Source: Myxococcota bacterium
Lineage (GTDB): Bacteria > Myxococcota_A > UBA796 > UBA2385
NCBI GenBank assembly: GCA_044344255.1
Contig: JBIJDH010000007.1
Location: 192,001 to 256,000, forward strand
Direction of reading: 5' to 3'
Length of the DNA: 64,000 bases
In this document: piece after piece, positions 10,092-20,410 of the stretch
How the letters are laid out: the number at the start of each line of letters is the position of its first letter
How positions within the stretch are numbered: the stretch's first letter is position 1
The notes under the pieces: generated by a model
Seen by the model: only the letters and a program-made list of their open reading frames with translations
Database searches by the model: none
What the model was told of the DNA's origin: nothing
Made by a program: the position numbers and the translations under genes

Positions 10092-11732
10092 ATGTCGATG
10101 ATGATCCGCTTCACCACGCTGAGCCTGATGTTGGCCGCCTGTAACGGTGACAAGGGTGGCTTGATTGTCTACAATACAGCCCCGTCGGCGAGCATCCAGA
10201 CGCCCGTGAACGGTTCGGCCTTCGACGAGAAGACATCGGTGAGCTTCCAGGCGATCGTCTCCGACGGCCAGGACTCCGATGAGAACCTGACCGTCCTCTG
10301 GGGCAGCGACGTGGACGGGGCCCTCGAGGGTGACTTCACGGTGATCGATGGCCTGTCGACCTTCTCGAGCGTGAGCCTCAGCCCGGGCAACCATGTCATC
10401 TCGATCAAGGTGACCGACTCGCGCACCGCCTCCTCCTCCGATCAAGTGGCGATCACGATCAACGACCTGCCGGAGATCCCCTCGATCGAGGTCGCGCGGC
10501 CGATCACGAACGAGAGCGGGCTCGAGGGTGTGGAGTTCGAGTTCAAGGCCAAGGTGGTGGACGCTTACGATCCGGTCGAGCTGCTCACCGTCTCCTTCGC
10601 GAGCTCGATCGACGGCGAGTTCTGTGCGCCTGCGGCGGACGCCAGCGGAATCGCCTCCTGCCTCTTCGCCCTCTCGGCCGGGGAGCACCTCCTCACCTAC
10701 ACGGTCACCAACAGCGGCGGCCTCTCCGACACCGACACCGCCTACTTCGAGGTCGTGGCTTACGCCGACATCGATAATGACAGCGACGGCTTCTCCGAGT
10801 CCGAGGGCGACTGTGACGACGCCGACCAGAGCGTCGCGCCAGGGGCCACCGAGTACTTCAACGAGCGGGACGACGACTGCGACGGTCTCGTCGATGAGGG
10901 CACCGAAGGGTACGATGACGACGGCGACGGCTACGTCGAGGTCAGCGGCGACTGCGACGACACCGACGAGGGCGTCTTCCCCGGCGCGACCGAAGAGTGT
11001 GACGGCGTAGACCAGGACTGCGACCTCGTCGTAGACGACAACACCGTCTGCTTCGACGACGACGGAGACGGTGACACCGAGCTGGATGGCGACTGCGACG
11101 ACGCCTGCGCGTCCTGCTTCCAGGGCGCTGGAGAGCTCACCGACGGGCTCGACAACGACTGCAACGGCGTGGTCGACGACGGCACCGACGTCTACGACGA
11201 CGACGGGGACGGCTACTCGGAAGACACCGGTGACTGCGACGACAGCGACGCCCTCGTCAACCCTGCGGCCACCGAGGCCTGCGGCGACGGTCAGGACAAC
11301 GACTGTAACGGTCAGGTGGACGAGGAGGGCGCGACCGACTGTGAGATGTGGTACACGGACAACGACAGTGACGGTTACGGCTCGACCGTCGGGAAGTGCC
11401 TCTGTGCGAGCTCCGGCGTCTTCCGCTCTCCCTACAAGACCGACTGTTACGACGGCAACAGCCTCGCGAACCCCGCCAGCACGACCTACTCGACCACCGA
11501 CCGCGGCGACGGCGACTACGACTACAACTGCGACGGCGTGGAAGACAAGTTCTACCCGAGCAAGTACTCCTGCTCGGCTTGGCCCCTCTGCGGTGATTAC
11601 GGCACCTTCACCACCGGCTTCAAGAACAGCGTGGCCTCCTGCGGCAACTCGGGCACCTGGGTCACCTCCTGTTCGTGGACGGTGACGAGCTGCAGCCTGA
11701 CGACGAGCACGAAGACGCAGAAATGCAACTGA
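10092..11732 (+). CDS. Surface lipoprotein with Ig-like domains and multiple MopE-type putative metal-binding repeats
   Basis: Lipobox LAAC. Repeated DxDGDG..GDCDD..PGATE..DxDCDG units. Confidence 0.8.
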   Translation: MSMMIRFTTLSLMLAACNGDKGGLIVYNTAPSASIQTPVNGSAFDEKTSVSFQAIVSDGQDSDENLTVLWGSDVDGALEGDFTVIDGLSTFSSVSLSPGNHVISIKVTDSRTASSSDQVAITINDLPEIPSIEVARPITNESGLEGVEFEFKAKVVDAYDPVELLTVSFASSIDGEFCAPAADASGIASCLFALSAGEHLLTYTVTNSGGLSDTDTAYFEVVAYADIDNDSDGFSESEGDCDDADQSVAPGATEYFNERDDDCDGLVDEGTEGYDDDGDGYVEVSGDCDDTDEGVFPGATEECDGVDQDCDLVVDDNTVCFDDDGDGDTELDGDCDDACASCFQGAGELTDGLDNDCNGVVDDGTDVYDDDGDGYSEDTGDCDDSDALVNPAATEACGDGQDNDCNGQVDEEGATDCEMWYTDNDSDGYGSTVGKCLCASSGVFRSPYKTDCYDGNSLANPASTTYSTTDRGDGDYDYNCDGVEDKFYPSKYSCSAWPLCGDYGTFTTGFKNSVASCGNSGTWVTSCSWTVTSCSLTTSTKTQKCN

Positions 11733-11770
11733 TCGGCTTTTACGAACGCGGCCCTACAAGAGGCCCGGTC

Positions 11771-13123
11771 GTGAACGCCGGCCCTCGCTCAGGGCGCTGG
11801 GGCCTGCCCCTGCTCTTCGGGGTGGCCTGCGCCGATCCCAAGCCGGATGTGATCTTCCTCACGGTCGACACCCTCCGCTTCGACCATGTGGGCACCGATC
11901 TGGGAGCCGGCTCACTCACGCCGGAGATCGACACGCTCCTCGCCGACAGTGTCCTCTACACCGAGGCCTTCACGCCGATCACCGTCACCGGCCCCGCCTT
12001 CTCCAGCCTGCTCACCGGTCTTGAGCCTGGTCAGCACGGGGTGGCCCTGAACACCTTTCGCGGTGGGAATGTGCTCGGTCCAGAGATCAACACCCTCCCC
12101 GAGCTCCTCGATGACGAGGGGTATGCCACGGGGGGCTTTGTCTCGGGCTTTACCCTCAACACAATGCTGGGCCTCAACCAGGGAATGGACACCTGGTCTG
12201 AGCCAGAGGGGCACCGGCGTGTGGGGAACCTGACGGCCGATCTCGCGCTCCAGTGGCTGTCTGAGCAGAATGGCTCCGTCTTCCTCTGGTATCACAGCTA
12301 CGATGTACATGGTCCTCTATCATCGTATTCCAAGATCAAGGCGCACAAAGGTCGAAAGCGGGACGGACCCGAGCCAATCGCCAAGTATCAATTGATTTCC
12401 CAAGTCACCGAGCCCACTTTTTACAAGCGGCGGTACGTGGAGGCCGTCCGTTTCGCTGACGTGCAGGTGGGGCGTATCATCCGCGCGCTGAGGGAGTCGG
12501 GGCGCTACGATGCAGCGCTCATCGTCTTTGCCGCCGATCACGGCGAGAGCTTTGATGAGCGGGAGCTCTGGTTCGATCATGGCACCACCGCCTACGACGA
12601 GCAAGCACATGTCCCCCTCGCCATCAAGCTGCCGGGCAATCTCCACGCCGGCGAGCGCTCTCCCGCCCTGGTCAGCCTGACGGATGTGGTGCCCACGGTG
12701 GCCGAGGTGGTGGGGCTGAAGACCGGGGATGCCTGGCGGGGAATTTCACTGGTCGAGCCAACAAAGGCCGGCCACCACTCGGTCATCACGGAGAGCAGCC
12801 ACTGCAAACGAAGTCCCTTCCTGAGCTGCTTTCCGAGAGGGCCGGAGGGCAAGATGTTCGCCATCCGCCTGCCCGGCCAATCTGTCTTCCGGCTGAGCAC
12901 GGCGGAGGGGCCCCGGTACGAGGTCTACAACCGCATGGCGGATCATGAGGAACGATCCCCCACCAAACTGCCGGTCCCCGACGAAGCCCGGGTGGCCCTG
13001 GAGGCGGTGGCCGCCGAGAGAACCGCTATGAAGCTCGTCGATCCAGACACCCTCCCGGCTGAGCCCGGTGAAGCTGGAGAGGCCCAGGAGGCGCTGCAGG
13101 CCCTGGGCTATTTGGAAGAGTAG
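11771..13123 (+). CDS. Sulfatase-like hydrolase/transferase (alkaline phosphatase superfamily), probable lipoprotein
   Basis: TVDTLRFD, TGPAFSSLLTG, YDVHGP, ADHGE, HVPL and C-terminal LQALGY. Confidence 0.82.
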   Translation: MNAGPRSGRWGLPLLFGVACADPKPDVIFLTVDTLRFDHVGTDLGAGSLTPEIDTLLADSVLYTEAFTPITVTGPAFSSLLTGLEPGQHGVALNTFRGGNVLGPEINTLPELLDDEGYATGGFVSGFTLNTMLGLNQGMDTWSEPEGHRRVGNLTADLALQWLSEQNGSVFLWYHSYDVHGPLSSYSKIKAHKGRKRDGPEPIAKYQLISQVTEPTFYKRRYVEAVRFADVQVGRIIRALRESGRYDAALIVFAADHGESFDERELWFDHGTTAYDEQAHVPLAIKLPGNLHAGERSPALVSLTDVVPTVAEVVGLKTGDAWRGISLVEPTKAGHHSVITESSHCKRSPFLSCFPRGPEGKMFAIRLPGQSVFRLSTAEGPRYEVYNRMADHEERSPTKLPVPDEARVALEAVAAERTAMKLVDPDTLPAEPGEAGEAQEALQALGYLEE

Positions 13124-15444
13124 GGCACCCGCTCGTGGGGCGCGATGCCGGCCCTTCGACCGTCTCCGAGGACGCGGATCAGGGCCGGCAGCAGCAAGAG
13201 GTCCCCAAAGAGGGCCGCGACCATCGTGACGGCGGCGAGGAGACCGAAGGAGCGCGTGCTCGTGAGGCCGCTCATGGTGAGCACGCCAAAGCCGACGATC
13301 AGCAGCGCGCTGGTCATGAACATGGCGTGCCCGGAGCCGACGTAGGTGCGTCGCAGGGCCTCCTCGACGCTGTGCCCCTGGTCGCGCTCGTGGGTGTAGT
13401 GCGTGAGGAAGTGGATGGTGTCGTCGACGGCGAGGCCGAGGGCCACGGTGAACGAGACCACGTTGCTCGTCTGCAGCGGCTCGCCCATCACCCCGAGGGT
13501 GGCCTGGGTGAAGAGAAGCGGCAGGGCGTTGGGGATGAAGGCGATGAGGGCGAGGCGCGCGCTCCCGATCAGGGCCCACATCACGAGGAAGACGACGACG
13601 GAGACGAGGCCGACGCTGCGCGTGAGGTCGCGGATGAGGGTGTCGACCCCGACCGCGGCGAGGAGGCCGTCGCCGGTGAGCGTGACCTCGAGGCCCGTCC
13701 CCGCGTAGAGCTCGCGGATGGTTCCTCGAAGCCGGGCGATCATCGGGAGGAACTCCCGCCCTCCGGCGTCGGTGAGCGTGAAGAGGATGCGCGCTCGGGT
13801 GCGGTCACCGTTGACGAGCGAGGCGCCGACCGGATCTTCGGCGAGCTCCGCCAGCAGGAGCTCTTGGGCGACGGCCTCGCGGGAGTCGGGGAGGCCGGCC
13901 TCTCCGGTCAGCGCGAGGTGGAGGGCCGCGACGTGGCCGCCGAGTGAGGCGGCCCAGCGCACCGGCGGCTCCGCCTCGATCGCGGCTTGGAGGGCCTGCA
14001 TCCGGCGGAGCTGCTCGGGCTCCAGCACCGCGCCTTCGGCCCCCTTGACCTGCACTTGCATCGGGATGACGCCGCCGAGCGATCGGTCGGCCTCCCGGAT
14101 GGCCAGCCAGGTGGGGCTCCCCTCGGGGTACATCTCGAGGATGTGCGAGTCGGCCTCGACGTTCCGGGCGAGCCAGCCGGCGAGGGCGGTCACGGCGAGG
14201 CAGCCCGCGATGACGCGGCGCGGTCGGGCCCCGATCCAGCGTTCGAGGGTGCCGAGCAGCGCGGTGGCCCGCGGGTGGGTCTCGCTCGCGGGGCGCCCCA
14301 CCCAGGCGTTGGGCAGGAGCGAGAGCAGCAGCGGCACGCCGAGCATGATCGAGAGCCAACACACCATGATGGCGATGCTCGTGTGCAGGCCGAAGTCGCG
14401 CACCACCCGGGTCTCGGCGATGAGCAGCGAGGCAAAGCCAGAGGCGGTGGTGAAGCTGTTGAGCAGGCAAGCCACGCCGAGCGCGCCCATCATCCGGCCC
14501 ATGGCGCCCACACGATCACCGTCCACCGCCAGCTCCTCTCGGTAGCGGAAGGCCATGTGGATGCCGTCGGCCACGCCCACCACGAGCACGAGGGTGGGCA
14601 CCAGGATGGAGAGGATGGTGAGCTCGGCCCCGCCGGCGATGAGGGCGGCGGTGGCCCAGAGGTCGGCCAGCAGCACGGCGAAGAGCGGCACGAGGCCGAG
14701 GGCGAGCTGCCGGAAGAGCAGGCAGATGGTGACGGCGAAGAGCCCCGAGACCACGGGCACGAAGAAGAGCTCGTCCTCGAGCATCTTGTCGACCACCTCC
14801 GTGCGGACGAAGGGCACACCTGTGGGGCGGACCGTAAAGCCGGGCGGCCTCGGCACGGCCTCGGCGCGGTCGGTCAGCGCGTGGACGACCGGGCCGAGGT
14901 CGGCCACCTTCTCGAGGTCGCGGTGGATCCGAACCCGCAGCGCGGTCACCGTCCCGTCTTCGGAGAGGAGGGCGCGCCGCACCATCGGCTCCTGGAGGAG
15001 ACGCGTGACGGCCTCGGCGGGGGGCCGGTCGTCCAGCGGCCGAGTGGGGGTGATCGTGCCGCTGCCGTCGCCCGTGGCGAGGGCGGCGTTGACGAGGGAG
15101 TCCACCCGCTCGACCGCCTCTCCCGCCTCCATGGCCGCGTGCAGGTCGCGGAGGAGGCCGACGCCGGCGTCGGTCCCGATCGGGCCCTCCACGAGGAGGA
15201 TGAGGTCGTTGTCGTCGCGACCAAAGACACGCTCGACGTCCTCGAGCGCGTCCACCTCGGCGCCCTGGTCGATGAACAGCGCCTGGGGGGTGAAGTCGAT
15301 GGGGACGCCGTCCTCGAGCACCCGCCGAGCGGAGCCGAGGAGGAGGAGCGCCGTGACCAGCGCGGCGAGGAGCGCGGACGGGCCTCGGTGACGCGCGACC
15401 CAGCGCCCCCACGCCGCGAGGCCGCGCGAGACGCCGTGCCTCAT
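13108..15444 (-). CDS. MMPL/RND-family membrane transporter
   Basis: Two repeats of periplasmic domain plus TM bundle. Motifs GVADGIH and GLAVDDTIH; TTASGFASL. Confidence 0.88.
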   Translation of the reverse strand: MRHGVSRGLAAWGRWVARHRGPSALLAALVTALLLLGSARRVLEDGVPIDFTPQALFIDQGAEVDALEDVERVFGRDDNDLILLVEGPIGTDAGVGLLRDLHAAMEAGEAVERVDSLVNAALATGDGSGTITPTRPLDDRPPAEAVTRLLQEPMVRRALLSEDGTVTALRVRIHRDLEKVADLGPVVHALTDRAEAVPRPPGFTVRPTGVPFVRTEVVDKMLEDELFFVPVVSGLFAVTICLLFRQLALGLVPLFAVLLADLWATAALIAGGAELTILSILVPTLVLVVGVADGIHMAFRYREELAVDGDRVGAMGRMMGALGVACLLNSFTTASGFASLLIAETRVVRDFGLHTSIAIMVCWLSIMLGVPLLLSLLPNAWVGRPASETHPRATALLGTLERWIGARPRRVIAGCLAVTALAGWLARNVEADSHILEMYPEGSPTWLAIREADRSLGGVIPMQVQVKGAEGAVLEPEQLRRMQALQAAIEAEPPVRWAASLGGHVAALHLALTGEAGLPDSREAVAQELLLAELAEDPVGASLVNGDRTRARILFTLTDAGGREFLPMIARLRGTIRELYAGTGLEVTLTGDGLLAAVGVDTLIRDLTRSVGLVSVVVFLVMWALIGSARLALIAFIPNALPLLFTQATLGVMGEPLQTSNVVSFTVALGLAVDDTIHFLTHYTHERDQGHSVEEALRRTYVGSGHAMFMTSALLIVGFGVLTMSGLTSTRSFGLLAAVTMVAALFGDLLLLPALIRVLGDGRRAGIAPHERVPYSSK

Positions 15445-15490
15445 GGGTTTGGGCCCCCGCTCGCCGCTCGACCGCTCGCCGCTCGACCGC

Positions 15491-16501
15491 TCACCGGCCC
15501 GCCGACGGCGGCTCGGCGGCGGAGCCCTTGGCCCCGAGCTGGATGTTCCCGCCCAGGAGGCTCGAGACGCGGAAGAGGGCGAGCGCGCCCAGGCCGACCC
15601 CGAGCCAGAGGGTCGCGATGCGGATCAGCAGGGAGGCGGCGACCGCCAGCCCCTTGTCGATGTGGAGCAGGGTCTCGGCGCCCCCCGCCAGCGCGCCCTC
15701 CGAGACGCCGATCCCGCCCGGCATCGCGCCGCCGGCGAGGGTGGCGAAGGCATAGAGGAAGACGCTGAAGTCCAGCGTGGCCTCGACGTCGAGGCCGGCA
15801 AAGACGAGCCAGAAGCCCACACACTCGGCGAACCACGCCAGCACGCTCACGGTGACCGCGAAGAGCAGGGGCCCCGGAGCGAGGCAGGTGCGGGTGGCGC
15901 TCACCATCTCGCGGAGCTTGGGTACGACGCGGGACACGAGGGGCAGTCGAGCGCCGATCGAGAGCAGGAGCTCGGTGAGGCGGTGGTTGCCGACGACGAC
16001 GAGGCCGGCCGCGATGAGCCCGCCGATGAGCACGAGCACCCACACCTGATCCGCGAAGTAGGTGCTGACGCTGATTCCGGCGAGGATCACCATGGCGATG
16101 GCGTCGGTGATGCGCTCGGCGAGCAGGGCTGGGATGGTGTGGGCCATCGGGGTGCCGGTCCGCTCGCGTACGACGTAGGGCTTGAGCAGCTCACCGGCCT
16201 TCCCGGGAGAGATCACCATCGCCAGTCCGGCTGTGAAATTGGCCGCGTTCTCCCAGAAGGGCATCTTGACGCCCAGCAGGTTCAGGAAGCCATGCCACTT
16301 GAGGAAGCGCAGGCCGTAGTTGAGCAAGGTGAGGCCGATGATGGGCAGCGCGTAGATCCATTGGAACTGCCCCAGCGCCGCGCCGACCTCGTCAAAGCCC
16401 GCCCAGATGCTCCCGATGAGGTAGATCGCGGCCCCAAACGCGATCGCGGCGATGACCCAGCGACGAAATCGGAGCAGGAGGTTGTCGGCGGGCGCGCTCA
16501 T
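15491..16501 (-). CDS. Lysylphosphatidylglycerol-synthase TM / flippase-like (UPF0104) membrane protein
   Basis: LRFLKW, SPGKAGELLK, AERITD, PGGIGVSE, LLIRIATLW. Confidence 0.85.
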   Translation of the reverse strand: MSAPADNLLLRFRRWVIAAIAFGAAIYLIGSIWAGFDEVGAALGQFQWIYALPIIGLTLLNYGLRFLKWHGFLNLLGVKMPFWENAANFTAGLAMVISPGKAGELLKPYVVRERTGTPMAHTIPALLAERITDAIAMVILAGISVSTYFADQVWVLVLIGGLIAAGLVVVGNHRLTELLLSIGARLPLVSRVVPKLREMVSATRTCLAPGPLLFAVTVSVLAWFAECVGFWLVFAGLDVEATLDFSVFLYAFATLAGGAMPGGIGVSEGALAGGAETLLHIDKGLAVAASLLIRIATLWLGVGLGALALFRVSSLLGGNIQLGAKGSAAEPPSAGR

Positions 16502-16592
16502 GGTCGGGCCCCCTAACTCCGGTTGATGGCCCCGGGCGGCGGAGAGCGGGGGCAGATGAGTTACCATTCGCCGCGTGGAGAGAGGCGGTCGC

Positions 16593-17405
16593 TTGACCCG
16601 ATTTCTGGTCAGCATTCAGGGCGAGAAGCCCACCGCGATCGAGGCCGGCAGTTGGCTGGCGGCCTTGGGTCTCGGCCTCGACCAATTTGACAAGGTTGGG
16701 GCAATTGATCGCCTCGCATGTGAGGTTCTCTCGAGCGGCGCCGTCGTGGCTCGCGACGCGCGCTCGGGAGAGACCTTCGTCATCCAGGCGATGAGCTCAG
16801 ACGGTGAGGTCGCGGCCGAGACCTACGACGACGACGCGCCCACCATCGTCGCCGGGGAGGACTTCGACGACGGCTTCATGGAGGAGGAGGACACCGACGA
16901 GCTCTCGGTCCGCGGTGACGATGGCATCATGAGCTTCGGCGTGGTCGCGCTCTTCGACCAGATCCAGCGTGCCCGCTCCGACGTCATCGCCTGGGACGTG
17001 GCCCTCGGCCTCGCCCGCGATCGGGCCGGCGGTCAGGCCGGCGCGGCGATCCGCCAGGACGAAGATGGCGCGCTGCGCTTCGTCGCCACTTTCGGCCCCC
17101 ATGGCAAGAGCCTCCTCGGCGTCCGCCTGCCGGCCCGGACCGGCATCGTCGGCTTTTGTATTGACCGGCGAGTTTGCCTCATCCTCCGCCAACCATCGCG
17201 AGACCCGAGGTTCTACAAGGGGATCGACGAGGCCACCGGATTCTCGACCAACGCCGTCCTCTGCGTGCCGGTCGTCCGGGACGACCGTTGTTTCGGGGCC
17301 CTCGAGCTCCTCAACCCGCCGGAGGATGTCCCCTTCGCGCGGGCTCACCTCGAGATCGTCGAGCTCATCGCCAGCTCCCTCGCGGAGCGCCTCGCCTTCG
17401 GCTGA
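16593..17405 (+). CDS. Stand-alone GAF-domain protein
   Basis: GIVGFC..DPRFYKGIDEATGFSTNAVLCVPV..GALELLN. TTG start with a GGAGAGAGG RBS. Confidence 0.82.
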   Translation: MTRFLVSIQGEKPTAIEAGSWLAALGLGLDQFDKVGAIDRLACEVLSSGAVVARDARSGETFVIQAMSSDGEVAAETYDDDAPTIVAGEDFDDGFMEEEDTDELSVRGDDGIMSFGVVALFDQIQRARSDVIAWDVALGLARDRAGGQAGAAIRQDEDGALRFVATFGPHGKSLLGVRLPARTGIVGFCIDRRVCLILRQPSRDPRFYKGIDEATGFSTNAVLCVPVVRDDRCFGALELLNPPEDVPFARAHLEIVELIASSLAERLAFG

Positions 17406-17449
17406 GGGGCGGGCGCCGCCGGTCGCCCGGCGGCGGCGCCGCCGCTCGG

Positions 17450-18133
17450 CTACTCGACGGCGATCTTCACGACGAGGGTGGTCTTGACCTCTTCACGGAT
17501 CCGGTTCTGGAGCTTCGTGTAGAGCTCCAGGTTCTCCGGGTTGGCGGTGTCGAGCTCCATCACGCGGGAGTCCTGCTCGCGGGCCGGGTGCTTGTACAGC
17601 CACATCTCGGCGGAGCTGCCGTCGTCGAAGGTGAGCCGCCACTTGTGGCGATTGGCCACAGTCCACTTGGTGCCGTCCTTCAGCACGACGGTGCCCACGG
17701 TCTTCACCGTGCAGTCGTACATCCAGGGGCTCCAGTTGCTGTCGTAGACGCAGTCCACTTCGCTCGGGACCTTGCCCGGCACGACGGTGATGGACTTCAC
17801 GAGGTCCCAGGTGATCTCCTTCGCGGAGTTGCCCTGCTCTCCCGAGATCTTGAGCTTGCCCTTGTCCTGGTCCCAGTCTTGCTCACCGTACCAGTCGGTG
17901 CTCCGCTCCACCCGCTTGACGTGGCCGCTCTTGGTGGTGCCGTTGCCGTAGGTGATCGTCACCTTGAGGTCTGCGTTGACCACGTCGGGCGGCGGCGGCG
18001 GGGGCTCAGGGGCGGCTTCGGGCTCGGGCGTGGCGGCCTCGGCGACGGGCGCGGCCACGGGCGCAGCGGCGGGTTCGGGGGCCTTCTTCGGTCCACAAGC
18101 CAGGAGGAGGAGGGGCAGCAGCAGCTTGATCAT
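17450..18133 (-). CDS. Hypothetical lipoprotein downstream of tadE
   Basis: Lipobox LLAC, Pro-rich linker, host-like codon usage. Confidence 0.7.
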   Translation of the reverse strand: MIKLLLPLLLLACGPKKAPEPAAAPVAAPVAEAATPEPEAAPEPPPPPPDVVNADLKVTITYGNGTTKSGHVKRVERSTDWYGEQDWDQDKGKLKISGEQGNSAKEITWDLVKSITVVPGKVPSEVDCVYDSNWSPWMYDCTVKTVGTVVLKDGTKWTVANRHKWRLTFDDGSSAEMWLYKHPAREQDSRVMELDTANPENLELYTKLQNRIREEVKTTLVVKIAVE

Positions 18134-18206
18134 GTCCGGACTCCCTTCGACGGGCCTCACGCGGGCGGGCCGTGCCACAGCGTAGCCCGTCATCGCCCGA
18201 GCATCA

Positions 18207-18629
18207 TCAGCCCTCGGTGCCGAGCCAGCTGGGCTGGTCTTCCATGGCCATCAGCATGTGGCTCTTCACCGTGGGCGGAGTGGGCACGATCCCCATCAGG
18301 GGGAGGAACTCGACCTCGGCCTCGACCGTGATCGTGTCCATGTCGGCGAGCACGCCCATCGTGGCGGTGACGTCGCAGGTGACCGTCTCGCAGGGGACGC
18401 CCAAGGTCGTGAGCGTGGCCTCGGTGGCGGCCACAGCGGCGGCCTCCGGCCCGCTGGCTTGATCGGTGCGGCTGCCGATGCGAGTGCCCTCCCGGACCGC
18501 CTGGAGCACCGAGGTCAGTCGGGAGAGGTACCAGCCGTAGTCGAGCACGGCCGAGAGGATGAGGAGGAGCAGGGGGGCGGTGAGCGCGAACTCCACCGCC
18601 GCGGCGCCCCGACGCCGATTGTTGCGCAT
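18207..18629 (-). CDS. tadE: TadE-family pseudopilin
   Basis: Prepilin motif RRGAAAVEFAL, hydrophobic helix, AVREGTR. Confidence 0.9.
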   Translation of the reverse strand: MRNNRRRGAAAVEFALTAPLLLLILSAVLDYGWYLSRLTSVLQAVREGTRIGSRTDQASGPEAAAVAATEATLTTLGVPCETVTCDVTATMGVLADMDTITVEAEVEFLPLMGIVPTPPTVKSHMLMAMEDQPSWLGTEG

Positions 18630-19060
18630 CAGCTCTGGACCTCGAGGAGGGTCTGACTGGAGATCTTCATGCTCTCGGGCATCAGGATCATGCCGGTGAG
18701 GCCGGGGTACTCCAGCGTGAGGCCGCACTTCAACGAGGCGTCGGGGCTCGAGCCCACGACCTCGACCTCAACCGAGCAGCGGGTGTCGGTGGGGTCGGCG
18801 CAGTTCACGCCGAACAAGGCGAAGGCCGACATCCGCTCGCTGATCTCGGTGGCGGCGATCTCCTCCGGGGTCGGGCTGTCCGTCGGCGAGCGGACCGAGC
18901 CCGCCCGGCAGCCGACCTGGATGGCCTCCATCATCGTGGTCCGGCAGTAGAACCAGATGCTGAAGTCCATGATCCCGCCGATGAGCGCCAGGAAGACCGG
19001 CAGGATCAACGCGAACTCGATGGTGTTGCTGCCGCGGATGCGGCTCCGATGGAGCGCCAT
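18629..19060 (-). CDS. tadE: TadE/TadF-family pseudopilin
   Basis: Prepilin motif RGSNTIEFALILP; GCRAG. Confidence 0.88.
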   Translation of the reverse strand: MALHRSRIRGSNTIEFALILPVFLALIGGIMDFSIWFYCRTTMMEAIQVGCRAGSVRSPTDSPTPEEIAATEISERMSAFALFGVNCADPTDTRCSVEVEVVGSSPDASLKCGLTLEYPGLTGMILMPESMKISSQTLLEVQS

Positions 19061-19062
19061 CT

Positions 19063-20256
19063 TCACTCCACCAGCGCGACGGGCACGTTCGTGGCGATTT
19101 CGTACATGATCCCCGGGAGGTCGGCGGAGTCGATGGTCTCGTAGAAGGCCCCGTAGCCGCGGACGAGGGCCTCCATGTAGGCCGACTGCGTGGCGTTGAA
19201 GGGCGAGTTGTAGGACACCGAGAAGATCGAGATGTTGTTGTCCTCGGCCTCGTTGGCGGCCAGCAGCCCTGCGGCGGCGCGCGCGTTGTTGCACGAGGTG
19301 GTCGAGGGGATGCACTCGGGCTTGCCGTCGGACATCAGCACGATCGTCTTGAGGGCGTAGGGGTCAGACACGGCGGGATCGAGCAGCACGTCGAGGGCCG
19401 CGTTGATGCCGGTCGCCTGGCTGGTGCCGGAGTCGTAGTGGGACGTCGGCCCCGGAGGGCTGCCCGTGCGGCAGTCCATCATCTGGGGCGCGTTGTGGTA
19501 GGTGGGGGGGGGCTGCCGGTTGTAAGGCGAGTAGTTCCGGTTGCACCAGTCGAGCTTGGCCCACTGGGTGCGGATCGTGGAGTAGTTGGACTCCACTGAC
19601 TTCAGGCCGGTCCAGAGCGTCGCCGCGCCGACGAAGGTGACCATGCCGATCTTGTCATTCGGCGCAGGGTGGTCGTACATGTAGTCGAGGAAGGCGAGGT
19701 CGCCGGTGCGGGCGTCGCCGATCTCCTGTTGGAAGGAGCCGGTGACGTCCTGCACGATCAGGATCTCGCGGAAGCGGAGCGCGCTCACCGCCAGGTCGTG
19801 GGAGGCGGCGGAGCCGGCCGAAGTGCCGAACATCTTCATCATCAGCAGGTCGATGGTGCCGTTCGGTGAGGACTCGGTCTTGCGGATGTTCACCCGCACC
19901 GCGTTGACGGTGGAGCTGCCCTCGTCGAACTCGTGGAGGGTGTAGTCCCACTGGCCGAACTCGATGTCGGTGTCTTCTTCGACCAGGGCGGCCTTGCCGA
20001 CGAGGGTGTTCTCACCGATCACGAGGACGGCGGCTGCGCGGGCCAGCTCGATGTCGCCAAACTGCCGGAGGTAGACCATCGCCGCCTGGGCCCCCGCGTC
20101 GGCTGCGGCCTGGGCTTGAAGATCGGCGACCCGGATGTAGGCGGAGTCGATCGCGAGGGCCCCGAAGGCCAGCATCACGGTCATGGAAAGGGCGCTGATC
20201 AGCGCGTAGTTGCCACGACGTGTGCGACGGGATGCGGACTTCGAGGGTGCCATCAT
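19063..20256 (-). CDS. tadG: TadG-like pilus protein with vWA domain
   Basis: RRGNYAL..GALAID..QAAADAGA N-terminus. MIDAS-like DVTGS and LMSDG. Confidence 0.88.
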   Translation of the reverse strand: MMAPSKSASRRTRRGNYALISALSMTVMLAFGALAIDSAYIRVADLQAQAAADAGAQAAMVYLRQFGDIELARAAAVLVIGENTLVGKAALVEEDTDIEFGQWDYTLHEFDEGSSTVNAVRVNIRKTESSPNGTIDLLMMKMFGTSAGSAASHDLAVSALRFREILIVQDVTGSFQQEIGDARTGDLAFLDYMYDHPAPNDKIGMVTFVGAATLWTGLKSVESNYSTIRTQWAKLDWCNRNYSPYNRQPPPTYHNAPQMMDCRTGSPPGPTSHYDSGTSQATGINAALDVLLDPAVSDPYALKTIVLMSDGKPECIPSTTSCNNARAAAGLLAANEAEDNNISIFSVSYNSPFNATQSAYMEALVRGYGAFYETIDSADLPGIMYEIATNVPVALVE

Positions 20257-20410
20257 GTGCGCTCCGGTGGACCTGCGCGGGTGGGGTGAGGGGCCGAGGG
20301 TGAAGTCGGGACAGACCGCACGTCGATACACTCATCCTCGCGTCATTTTATCCCAGAACGGCCGCAAGTGGAAGAGGGCCACCCAATTCGGTCGGTCGAT
20401 CAACCGTGAG

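Noticed and set aside
15457..15493. CCGCTCG(A) microsatellite between the flippase and MMPL genes
   Set aside because: Short low-complexity GC repeat with no evident function.
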